Origin: a virus
Taxonomy: Duplodnaviria > Caudoviricetes
IMG/VR virus record: IMGVR_UViG_3300033182_000774
Span: 1 to 62,006 of that record
DNA: 62,006 bases
Direction: 5' to 3' (one strand)
Position 1 is the stretch's first letter; every line of letters begins with the position of its first letter. Shown piece by piece: positions 37,560-45,366 of this stretch. The translations under genes and the position numbers were made by a program. The notes below the pieces were generated by a model. It saw only the letters and a list, made by a program, of their open reading frames with translations, was not told where the DNA came from and did not search any database.

Positions 37560-37880
37560 TCAAGATTTGAGTAATCTTGACCAATTTACCCAAGCCGTAA
37601 AGCATTGAAAATATTAAAGAAAGGGCCGAAAATCGGCATTTCTTGAATTTTTGAGTAGGTTAACGTGTATAGACATAGGTATATGGGTGTGGGGGTAAAA
37701 ACACGTTAGGTTACTCAAAAGTTCAAGAATATATATAAGATATATATAAATATATAAATATATATAATAAATACAGTAGTTTAGTGTAGTGAATTTCTCT
37801 GACTAAATCACTCAAAACTACTCAAAATTAGTCAGAGAATTCAAGAAATCGGGGATTTGGGGCCGAAATCGACCCCGAGG
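37559..37880. other. Probable replication origin
   Basis: Three inverted-repeat sets, TACTCAAAA-like repeats and a 45-nt pure A/T tract, at the junction of convergent operons. Confidence 0.55.
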
Positions 37881-37955
37881 GAGGGTGTACACCAATGTGT
37901 GTACGTTAAATTACTCCAAGTGACTTATCATCACTACCTAAAATAACGCTCCACG

Positions 37956-38309
37956 TTAATTTAACTTAACGCTGTTGATTTCCATCCAATGTCTTCGAAA
38001 TATCTCCAGCAGAATATCGAATTGCAGGAAAGTGTCTTTCTGATCAATCATGTGGAAAGTTTCGACTAAGGATGAGCGTAACCCACCCAAGGCCAGCCAG
38101 CCTTCCTGAACCTTGAGCTCGTCATTTGACATGATCTTGTCGGTGCAGTCTGCGATCATCCACCAGATGCTGGGGATCTTCACATTATCCTTCTCTGCTT
38201 GATCATGATTCTTTTCGTCCAGGATGTTTAGTCCTCTCGCCATTTCCGTTTCTTTCAAGGCGATTTCCTTGACTGCATCGATGGCTTTTTTTGATGTTGC
38301 TAGTTGCAT
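37956..38309 (-). CDS. Hypothetical protein
   Basis: AAGGA RBS; follows the recombinase. Confidence 0.6.
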   Translation of the reverse strand: MQLATSKKAIDAVKEIALKETEMARGLNILDEKNHDQAEKDNVKIPSIWWMIADCTDKIMSNDELKVQEGWLALGGLRSSLVETFHMIDQKDTFLQFDILLEIFRRHWMEINSVKLN

Positions 38310-38311
38310 AA

Positions 38312-38989
38312 TTATCCTTCCAAAAGGCGTTTGATTTGTGGGGCTGCGAGTGGCTTCCCAGACTCTTGGGAAAACCCTTCATGAAAGAGAGCAGAAGCTA
38401 TGTCACGATAAGAAAGCAGAAGTTTTGACCCTTTGCCTTGCTTTCGGAGTTTCTTTGCTCTGGTGAAGATTTTGCGACCATACCTTTCCTCTAGGGACTT
38501 CCTTCCTTCACACTTTCCTGTCTCTGCTTTGACACGATCTCTGGCTACTTTTAACTGCTGGACTGTGCTGTCCTTTTGATATTCGGCAATGACTCCCAAG
38601 ATTTGGCGAATCATCTTCATGGAGGGACTACCATCAGAGAAATAATTCGGAGCATCGGCTGGAATGATGTGAATCCCAAGACTTTTGAGATCCTGAAATC
38701 CTAATTCCTGAACCACGACATCTCTGGAAAACCGGTCAGCCCTTTCACAGATAATCGTGTCAATGGAATGTTCCTCACAGTATTTTATCAATGCTGACAT
38801 CCCCTGCCTAGATCTGACTGGATCTGTTCCAGAAACTGCCTCATCCCAAGCACTTATCACTACTTCGTATCCATATGCCTTAGCATATGCATGAATCGCC
38901 TCCTGCTGGCGTTTTTCGGAATCACCCTCCACGTTAGTTGCGGAGGATGTTCTTAGATAGCCTACAGCCTTTTTAAGAGGTTTTGACAT
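38312..38989 (-). CDS. Serine recombinase (resolvase/invertase family)
   Basis: AVGYLRTSS catalytic Ser, DEAVSG..R, DRFSR, GRK; likely start MSKPLKK. Confidence 0.9.
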   Translation of the reverse strand: MSKPLKKAVGYLRTSSATNVEGDSEKRQQEAIHAYAKAYGYEVVISAWDEAVSGTDPVRSRQGMSALIKYCEEHSIDTIICERADRFSRDVVVQELGFQDLKSLGIHIIPADAPNYFSDGSPSMKMIRQILGVIAEYQKDSTVQQLKVARDRVKAETGKCEGRKSLEERYGRKIFTRAKKLRKQGKGSKLLLSYRDIASALFHEGFSQESGKPLAAPQIKRLLEG

Positions 38990-39374
38990 TAGGTTCCTTT
39001 CCAAATTGTTTTGCGACATCTAACCAATTGTGAAACTCCCGATCAACATCATCTAAAATTTCTTCTAATATCCCCCACGCCCAATCATTTAAGTTTTCTA
39101 CTGAAAGAACATCAGATCCTTCATATTCGTAAACACATGGGAAAACTACTTGAGGTGTGTCGTAATCTATATCCCATACATCATTGTCATCATAACCATG
39201 CTCTTCAGGGTCAAAGTAGAACTGAAGTATGGTAGGGTCTTCATTGTTTCTTTCACGTTCATAACATGCAGCTTTTGCATCTGTATTCTTTTCAAAATAA
39301 TCACTTAGTTCGATCATGTTGGTCATTCCAAGCAACATAATCAACTCTTGAGGGTTGTCTATAATTATTTTCAT
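38973..39374 (-). CDS. Highly acidic small protein
   Basis: D/E-rich, 133 aa. Confidence 0.6.
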   Translation of the reverse strand: MKIIIDNPQELIMLLGMTNMIELSDYFEKNTDAKAACYERERNNEDPTILQFYFDPEEHGYDDNDVWDIDYDTPQVVFPCVYEYEGSDVLSVENLNDWAWGILEEILDDVDREFHNWLDVAKQFGKEPNVKTS

Positions 39375-39778
39375 AATTCCCTCCTATTTTTTATTGCCTT
39401 TATTTCTTCAAAAACAGAAAACTCCAATCCGTAAAGACTATTAAGAGCATCTACAAAAGTTAATGTAGGTTCGCCCTCTTCTTCCCAACCCATTTCAATA
39501 CACCTTGAAACAATATCGTCTAGGTTTACCTTTATGTCTCTTTTGATTTGATTTGGTGGTATGGGTTTCTTTATAAATGCAATGACTTGCATATCCTCAT
39601 CTAAACCATCAATCCAATCCGTTTCATTGTACGCTGTAAAAAAGTCAGAGCAGTCTGCTGGTTCATTTATCATTTCAAGGATACTTTCTACGTCTAAGTA
39701 AGATGCTTCCTGAACACCATAATGAGACATAACTGCACCTTTGAATTCTGATGATCTGTTTGCGTTGATAAATTTCAT
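39371..39778 (-). CDS. Acidic hypothetical protein
   Basis: ATGA-coupled; AAGGA RBS. Confidence 0.6.
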   Translation of the reverse strand: MKFINANRSSEFKGAVMSHYGVQEASYLDVESILEMINEPADCSDFFTAYNETDWIDGLDEDMQVIAFIKKPIPPNQIKRDIKVNLDDIVSRCIEMGWEEEGEPTLTFVDALNSLYGLEFSVFEEIKAIKNRREL

Positions 39779-40242
39779 AATTCCTTCACATATCGTTGTT
39801 TTCTGCCAGTTGGCAATTTAGTGGATCTTGGTCTAGAGGGACACGACCATTTTCCACCATTGGTTAACCCATCAAAATCCCATCCACATGCCTTCATTGC
39901 CGTTGCTTTTTCGTTCAGCAAAAAGTAAGTGTAGATCTTTTTAAATCCACGCCTTTTTGCTTCACGACATGCCCAACCATAAAATTTGGAATTTGCGTTG
40001 AAGGTATAATGTTTTGGGATATCTGTTCGAACACATGATCGGTTGACCTCCAGAGTAGATCCATCGTCCAATGCTCTGGCTACTGGTCTACCGACCATGA
40101 TGACACCGACCATGATCTGGTCCTGAAACCAGACCGATGCACCAAACTTCCATCCATGCGGAGGATTTGGTAAGTGTCGGTGATGCTGGCGAATAAAATC
40201 CTTCGCCAGCGATTGCTTAACAGGCTGGATAACTAAAGCCAT
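39775..40242 (-). CDS. XF1762-like protein (GNAT or Mom-related)
   Basis: FIRQHHRH..GWKF..VGRPVARALDDG.TLEVNR.C...K.R. Confidence 0.7.
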   Translation of the reverse strand: MALVIQPVKQSLAKDFIRQHHRHLPNPPHGWKFGASVWFQDQIMVGVIMVGRPVARALDDGSTLEVNRSCVRTDIPKHYTFNANSKFYGWACREAKRRGFKKIYTYFLLNEKATAMKACGWDFDGLTNGGKWSCPSRPRSTKLPTGRKQRYVKEL

Positions 40243-40611
40243 TTAGTTAACTACTCTATTCGTTTTCTTAATGGCTTGTTCACGATTACTTACTTCCTTT
40301 AACACGGAGCGTGAAATAGAAAGTAAAGTTGAGACAGTTTCCTGATCTGCATTTTCCTGCAAGGCCAGCACTTGACCTTGAGGTTCATCCATCGGAATAC
40401 CGCCGTTTTTAATGATGCGTTTCGCTTTAAGGAAACGCTTACGAGAATTCTCGCCATTTAAACAAACACGCTGACCATCGGTTCGTTCAAATAAATATAC
40501 AGCTGGGTCACCATTATCGTTAATAACGTGTTGTCCAGGTTGTATATGTTCTGCGTTTTTAACCTGAGTTTTGGTTAATCTTTTTTGATAGGAAGTTCTT
40601 GATTTAGCCAT
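40243..40611 (-). CDS. Hypothetical protein
   Basis: AAGGA RBS; abuts the next gene. Confidence 0.6.
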   Translation of the reverse strand: MAKSRTSYQKRLTKTQVKNAEHIQPGQHVINDNGDPAVYLFERTDGQRVCLNGENSRKRFLKAKRIIKNGGIPMDEPQGQVLALQENADQETVSTLLSISRSVLKEVSNREQAIKKTNRVVN

Positions 40612-40801
40612 AGGTTTTATCCTTTGTGATGATTTGTGAAACAGTTACTTTAGGGACGTACCGATACTCAACTAACATTCTCTGACCACATCCATTACCT
40701 TCGTCATCTTCACAGTAGAGTTTCATATCTCCGCAAAGATCATTCTTGTAAGGAATTCTGATTGAGATTTGTTCGCTACAATGAGGACATGTTATGAACA
40801 T
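40604..40801 (-). CDS. Zn-ribbon protein
   Basis: MFITCPHC..C......GCG; AGGA RBS (shorter than the ORF-track call). Confidence 0.6.
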   Translation of the reverse strand: MFITCPHCSEQISIRIPYKNDLCGDMKLYCEDDEGNGCGQRMLVEYRYVPKVTVSQIITKDKTYG

Positions 40802-40802
40802 A

Positions 40803-41444
40803 TTACTTTCCTGTTTCTGGTTCCATTCCACGCATGGTCTTCCACACATGTAAATCAACATGTGCAGTAGCCCAACCCCTGAAATGTAAATCAAATAATC
40901 TCAATGCTTGGTGTTCAAAATAGCCATAGGCAATTTTCGTTGTTGGAGTGTTTTGAGGAGCATTCACGCCATATATTCTTAGCCATCTCAATATGTGTAC
41001 ATCCAATGGAACACATTCAGCGTTTTCACGACTGTGCAGAATAAAGAAACGTGAAGTTTTCTTGCCAAGAAGCTTTTCTATTTCTTCAACTGGAGCAGTT
41101 CTTAGCCATTCAGTTTCTGGGAATCTTTTGATAGCCCCAGCGATTCGGTTGTACTGACCAGTTTTGTACAACTTCAGTAAAGATTTTAACGGACCTAGTT
41201 CATATCGTTTTAATGCAGTCATGATCCCCTCTTTATTCTGGAACCAATGTGCCTCAACGATTCGGTTGGTTATGTCAGCCATGCGATGTGCTGGCTTGTT
41301 TGCTGTTAACAAAGAAAACAAACAAAACGCCTCCAGTTCGAAGTCATTTCGCTCAAAATTTGTCACAGTATCTGGACAAACTACTGGTGGCTTTTCCCCT
41401 GGATTGACTAATTCTTGGAATGATTTCATTGCGAGTTCTGTCAT
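40803..41444 (-). CDS. HhH-GPD DNA glycosylase-like protein (OGG-like)
   Basis: F.LLTAN, GKKTSRFF (Lys), PLDVHILRWL (Asp), DLHVW. Confidence 0.7.
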   Translation of the reverse strand: MTELAMKSFQELVNPGEKPPVVCPDTVTNFERNDFELEAFCLFSLLTANKPAHRMADITNRIVEAHWFQNKEGIMTALKRYELGPLKSLLKLYKTGQYNRIAGAIKRFPETEWLRTAPVEEIEKLLGKKTSRFFILHSRENAECVPLDVHILRWLRIYGVNAPQNTPTTKIAYGYFEHQALRLFDLHFRGWATAHVDLHVWKTMRGMEPETGK

Positions 41445-41445
41445 A

Positions 41446-41622
41446 TTAATTTCCTTGTACTAAGATTGAAGTTAAGCCTGCTTCGTCGCAGGATTTAGCA
41501 CCACATTCACTACACTCGTTTATGTGCAAATACCACTGACCAAATGGGAATTGATATAGGCCATCATGATCACCCTCAATATTCCCACAAGACATGCAAT
41601 GCACCTCATACTGTTCAGCCAT
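41446..41622 (-). CDS. 58-aa Zn-finger protein (not in ORF track)
   Basis: MAEQYEVHCMSC...ECSECG; GGAG RBS within the repeat motif. Confidence 0.6.
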   Translation of the reverse strand: MAEQYEVHCMSCGNIEGDHDGLYQFPFGQWYLHINECSECGAKSCDEAGLTSILVQGN

Positions 41623-41642
41623 TATTGCTCCACGTTAGTTAG

Positions 41643-41846
41643 TTATTGTCCACAAACAAAACACACATTATTTTTATAATTGGGTGTTTCTGCTCCGCAA
41701 TCAAAGCATTCAGAAAACTCAATTAAATCATCAATGTTATTTTGTTTATTATGGTTGTTTATTTTGTTAACCAAATCATAAACCTTGCTTGGTCCATCAC
41801 TACAATAAACAACATAAAGAATATGTTGTAATGTCTTTTGATCCAT
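41643..41846 (-). CDS. Small Zn-finger protein
   Basis: CFDC...CFVCG; GGAG RBS within the repeat motif. Confidence 0.6.
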   Translation of the reverse strand: MDQKTLQHILYVVYCSDGPSKVYDLVNKINNHNKQNNIDDLIEFSECFDCGAETPNYKNNVCFVCGQ

Positions 41847-41848
41847 AA

Positions 41849-41989
41849 TCACTCCACGTTAGTTGTTGATACTTTGTTTAGTTTCCGTTGTTTCTTTCCG
41901 TAAACCTTTCCAGACTTTTTAGTCTTTTGTTTGAATCGTTTAAACCAGTTGTCCCAAAGTATTCCCTTCTCCACGTTTATCTTGTCCAT
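41849..41989 (-). CDS. 46-aa lysine-rich peptide (not in ORF track)
   Basis: MDKINVEKGILWDNWFKRFKQK...TTNVE; GGAG RBS. Confidence 0.5.
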   Translation of the reverse strand: MDKINVEKGILWDNWFKRFKQKTKKSGKVYGKKQRKLNKVSTTNVE

Positions 41990-42021
41990 ACTATGCTCCA
42001 CGTTTACTTATCATCATTGCC

Positions 42022-42058
42022 AAAAAAAAGGGATGTAGCCCAAAGGACTACACCCCTT
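42022..42058 (-). terminator. Rho-independent terminator after the methyltransferase
   Basis: GGGGTGTAGTCC-TTTG-GGCTACATCCC stem followed by T8. Confidence 0.85.
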
Positions 42059-42062
42059 CCAG

Positions 42063-43478
42063 TTAACTAAATAATGGTTTTAATTGGTTACCAATCCACT
42101 CAATCACATTGACTGTAACCGCATTGCCCATCTGGCGATATCGTTGACTGTCAGATATCGGAACGACTTCACCCTTGTCGTTTATTCCTTGAGCGTTCCA
42201 ATCGTCAGGAAACCCCTGTAAACGACATGTTTCTACAGGGGTGAGCCTTCTGATCACGATATCGTCTTTCCTTTGCACCAGAGGCGTATTATTGCCTCCT
42301 GTGCCCCATCTCTGGGCTATTGTAGGACAGACTTCTTTCGGTCCAGTTATGCGTGAATCATTTGGATGGGATTCGTAGAGTTCCTGCTGAACCAAATGCA
42401 TATCTCCACGATATTTATTTTCACCACATTGGATGGTTGCAGATACGTCAGATTCAACGTATCTGTAATGGGACAAGGGACTGTAGGCTACAAGATCAGT
42501 ATGATCTTTATAGTCCCTTGCTTTGAGGGTTGATGCTGTTTCATCATTGGTATATTCACCACTACCAAATCGTTGTAATCTGAAACCAACTGGTTCCATT
42601 ACATTAGTTTCATAATCACCACGTTTTGTAGTTGCTTGTAATGTCGGAGAAACTCCCTGACCATAGTCAGTTAATTTCCCATGCTTTCTTAATTCTGCTC
42701 TCTGGAATGCTACTGCAGGAGGGGCACCACCTCTGGTCGATCCTACTTTCAATGCTCCACTAAATTCTTCCGTGTAGCATCCACCCATTGAACCACCAGT
42801 TGATGGGAAACTTATAGTTCTGAATCGACTATCTTTTCCAAGTTTACTTTCAACTGCTCTGGGATCACTTTCCCTTTGTTCTTTGCCCTTCTCAATATCC
42901 CAGCACATGCTTTTGCTGAGAGTTTGTATTTGTTCGCAGAATCCCTCTGCAAAATCTCTGTCAGTCTCACGGAAGGAGAAGATAAAAATCCTCTTCCTTC
43001 GTTGAGGGACCCCAAAGAACTGACTATCAATTGTGATCCAGAAGGTCGCAGAATACCCGATTTCGGAAAGTTGGTTGAGGACATATTGGAAACTTTCATA
43101 GTGTCTTTTTGATGTAAGGTTAGCTACGTTTTCTGCAATTGCTACTCTTGGTTGAGTCGCATTAATAATTCTGATTGCTTCATCAAATAATGATGATCTT
43201 TCTCCATGTAATATTCCCTTTTGCTTTCCTGCCAAACTAATGTCCTGACATGGGAAACCATAAGTGAATATATCAACATAAGGTAGTTTGGTTTCATCAA
43301 CTAATGAAACATCAGAATGCAATTCTGTTTCTGGAAAACGATAACGTAAAACATTCTGACAATGTTTATCCCATTCAATGGAATATTTATGCTCCACATT
43401 AGTTGATCCAAAGGCATACATTAAACCTAATGGGAAACCACCTACTCCTTCAAATGCTCCACCAATTTTAATTTTCAT
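42063..43478 (-). CDS. dcm: DNA cytosine-5 methyltransferase with expanded variable region
   Basis: FEGVGG (I), GFPCQDIS (IV), ENV (VI), PQRRKR (VIII), RRLTP.E..RLQGFP (IX), YRQMGNAV (X). Confidence 0.93.
   Translation of the reverse strand: MKIKIGGAFEGVGGFPLGLMYAFGSTNVEHKYSIEWDKHCQNVLRYRFPETELHSDVSLVDETKLPYVDIFTYGFPCQDISLAGKQKGILHGERSSLFDEAIRIINATQPRVAIAENVANLTSKRHYESFQYVLNQLSEIGYSATFWITIDSQFFGVPQRRKRIFIFSFRETDRDFAEGFCEQIQTLSKSMCWDIEKGKEQRESDPRAVESKLGKDSRFRTISFPSTGGSMGGCYTEEFSGALKVGSTRGGAPPAVAFQRAELRKHGKLTDYGQGVSPTLQATTKRGDYETNVMEPVGFRLQRFGSGEYTNDETASTLKARDYKDHTDLVAYSPLSHYRYVESDVSATIQCGENKYRGDMHLVQQELYESHPNDSRITGPKEVCPTIAQRWGTGGNNTPLVQRKDDIVIRRLTPVETCRLQGFPDDWNAQGINDKGEVVPISDSQRYRQMGNAVTVNVIEWIGNQLKPLFS
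42812..43099 (-). CDS. Overlapping alternative-frame protein inside dcm
   Basis: FPKSG..RLTEILQ....KYKLSAKACAGILRRA..KGK.IP..L resembles the small polypeptides found beside or within C5-MTase genes. Confidence 0.6.
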   Translation of the reverse strand: MKVSNMSSTNFPKSGILRPSGSQLIVSSLGSLNEGRGFLSSPSVRLTEILQRDSANKYKLSAKACAGILRRAKNKGKVIPEQLKVNLEKIVDSEL

Positions 43479-43587
43479 TTGGCTTACTCCAGAAAAGTTT
43501 AAAAGCTATTTCTTTTGCTTCGTATTCATCACAACCTTCGTCAAGCAATGCTTGATATAAATCTTCCAATACCTTTTGGTTATCCAT
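43468..43587 (-). CDS. 39-aa peptide (not in ORF track)
   Basis: MDNQKVLEDLYQALLDEGCDEYEAKEIAF; GAGG RBS. Confidence 0.5.
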   Translation of the reverse strand: MDNQKVLEDLYQALLDEGCDEYEAKEIAFKLFWSKPNEN

Positions 43588-43831
43588 AGTTCCTCACTAA
43601 ATGAGAGTTTCCTTCAATTAACAAAATTACATCTTCCAAAACATCACAACATCCCTGCTGAAAATGCATTTCTTCAGCGTCATCAGAATCAAGATCTGAT
43701 GAACTAAAATTCAATTCATGAATATTCTTTCTAAGGCATGTGTCCCATTGAATGTCATTCATGATTTCCTGCTTTAAATGCAGTTGTCTTTTTAAGTAAG
43801 CGATCACTTTAAGTTTGTATTTATGTTCCAT
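43580..43831 (-). CDS. Hypothetical protein
   Basis: Preceded by a motif variant. Confidence 0.55.
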   Translation of the reverse strand: MEHKYKLKVIAYLKRQLHLKQEIMNDIQWDTCLRKNIHELNFSSSDLDSDDAEEMHFQQGCCDVLEDVILLIEGNSHLVRNYG

Positions 43832-43865
43832 TTTAAACTCGAAGTTAATGGTTGCGGGTAACCAG

Positions 43866-44084
43866 TTAGTTCTGATACTTGAGTGTTAATTCAAGCTCTT
43901 TTCTAGACCATATGTTGCTCTTCTCTAATGGCACAGTATCTGTGAATGGAACCAAGATTAAACTGGCTCCAGCCTCTGCTTTGAAATACATAGAATCAGA
44001 TCCATTCAAAGCCTCATTAATAACTGAAGCTATAGTTTCGCTATCGTTTACTTTCCAAAGGATTGGTGGATTGAATTTATACAT
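43866..44084 (-). CDS. Hypothetical protein
   Basis: Preceded by CAATCAACTTGGAG. Confidence 0.6.
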   Translation of the reverse strand: MYKFNPPILWKVNDSETIASVINEALNGSDSMYFKAEAGASLILVPFTDTVPLEKSNIWSRKELELTLKYQN

Positions 44085-44103
44085 AAATACTCCAAGTTGA
44101 TTG

Positions 44104-44403
44104 TTAATAAACTACTTTGAAAAGTTTCCCATCATATCTATCTCCTGCTAAATGCTGATCGCATAGATCACAAATACAATTGGAGAAGTATGATTGTATT
44201 TCTTCATCATCTGGCTCACTATCTGGTGGACAAAAAACTAATCCTTTTTTAGTTAATTGATCTGCTCCATGTTCTACTCTTTCAATGGTTTCTTCTTCAT
44301 CGTCATGTAGTGCTAAATAGGACATGTCACCAGATACTTGGAATACAAAACAATCACTACAAATGCGTACATCATCATGAAATTTATATGTTGGTATTTT
44401 CAT
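44104..44403 (-). CDS. Acidic Zn-binding protein
   Basis: ICSDC...FS..ICDLC....GDRY. Confidence 0.6.
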   Translation of the reverse strand: MKIPTYKFHDDVRICSDCFVFQVSGDMSYLALHDDEEETIERVEHGADQLTKKGLVFCPPDSEPDDEEIQSYFSNCICDLCDQHLAGDRYDGKLFKVVY

Positions 44404-44407
44404 ATTG

Positions 44408-44578
44408 TTATCCTAATTGAGATTGAACCGATTCAAGAATGTCTTCTGGTACACCAGCCAGCCATCCGATTAATAAAATATTTTGTCTTTCTTTCTCATA
44501 TTCCATTTCAATATAATGAAGTTCTTTTGCTTCATATTCACCTATAGTTTCATCCCAACATCTTTCTCTAAATTTCAT
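44408..44578 (-). CDS. 56-aa acidic protein (not in ORF track)
   Basis: MKFRERCWDETIGEYE...; TTAACTTGGAG RBS. Confidence 0.55.
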   Translation of the reverse strand: MKFRERCWDETIGEYEAKELHYIEMEYEKERQNILLIGWLAGVPEDILESVQSQLG

Positions 44579-44937
44579 TTAATACTCCAAGTTAATGTTT
44601 GCGACATTACAGTTTTAATATGGTCAGCGTATCTGTCTTTCCTTCTGATCTTTCCTCTGGATGCAGGATGAACACATGGAATGAAACTAATGCCCATATC
44701 AGTTAATGCTTTTTGTACTTTCTTGCCCATTGCAATGATGGGCATTTGGTTAACAAAGGAAGGAATTAATTCTGGAGTTTCAAATACATTCAAGAATGTA
44801 TAGTCTGATGGTTCGTAACCATTGGTCCGTAATGCATCAAACAATTGCTTTCCAGCCAATCGACCATCTTCCCATCTAACATTCATCTCAATGGCTTTTT
44901 GAGATCTTTCCTCACCAACAAATAATGCTTTGTACAT
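44575..44937 (-). CDS. Minimal uracil-DNA-glycosylase-superfamily-like protein
   Basis: LFVGE, F.NVF, IIAMGK...AL and HPASR motifs; start MYKALF after the GGAG RBS. Confidence 0.55.
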   Translation of the reverse strand: MYKALFVGEERSQKAIEMNVRWEDGRLAGKQLFDALRTNGYEPSDYTFLNVFETPELIPSFVNQMPIIAMGKKVQKALTDMGISFIPCVHPASRGKIRRKDRYADHIKTVMSQTLTWSIK

Positions 44938-44950
44938 AGAATTCTCCATG

Positions 44951-45013
44951 TTAGTTATTGACAACAAAACTATCGTTTACTTTCCAAAGGATTGGTGGAT
45001 TGAATTTATACAT
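44951..45013 (-). other. 20-codon chimeric mini-ORF
   Basis: MYKFNPPILWKVNDS (start of the 44084 gene) joined to FVVNN-stop (end of the 46104 gene). Confidence 0.8.
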
Positions 45014-45033
45014 AAATACTCCAAGTTGATTGG
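44970..45033 (+). repeat. About 63-bp direct repeat of 44041-44103
   Basis: ctatcgtttactttccaaaggattggtggattgaatttatacataaatactccaagttgattg occurs twice. Confidence 0.92.
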
Positions 45034-45345
45034 TTAAGTTAAGTATGCAACAACATCATATGGATATTGTTTTTTCCCATCAGATTTATACCAAGACATT
45101 GATAATTGATACTTGCAGAATTCATCAATATTGATTGGTGCTATTTGGAAAATGGCATTACCTTCCCTACCACAAAGTAAACATTCCAAATTGGTGAGAT
45201 CTTCATTGACTAATCGGTAGCCATACAATTTAAGGATGGTATCAATCTCACTGATTGGGATATCTTTAAACCATCCACCATTACCAATTGAAGACATTAA
45301 ACTATTAATAGCTTTACCAATTTTGTTTCTTTCTTTTGCTTTCAT
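45034..45345 (-). CDS. Hypothetical protein
   Basis: IP..EI..IL..YG...L.MSWYK..Y.VVAYL pattern; GGAG RBS. Confidence 0.6.
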   Translation of the reverse strand: MKAKERNKIGKAINSLMSSIGNGGWFKDIPISEIDTILKLYGYRLVNEDLTNLECLLCGREGNAIFQIAPINIDEFCKYQLSMSWYKSDGKKQYPYDVVAYLT

Positions 45346-45366
45346 TTAAAACTCCAAATTGATTGA

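Noticed and set aside
37949-45365. CRISPR array or integron attC sites from the recurrent motif
   Set aside because: Spacing is irregular and gene-sized, the motif is short and non-palindromic, and no attC-like hairpins were seen.
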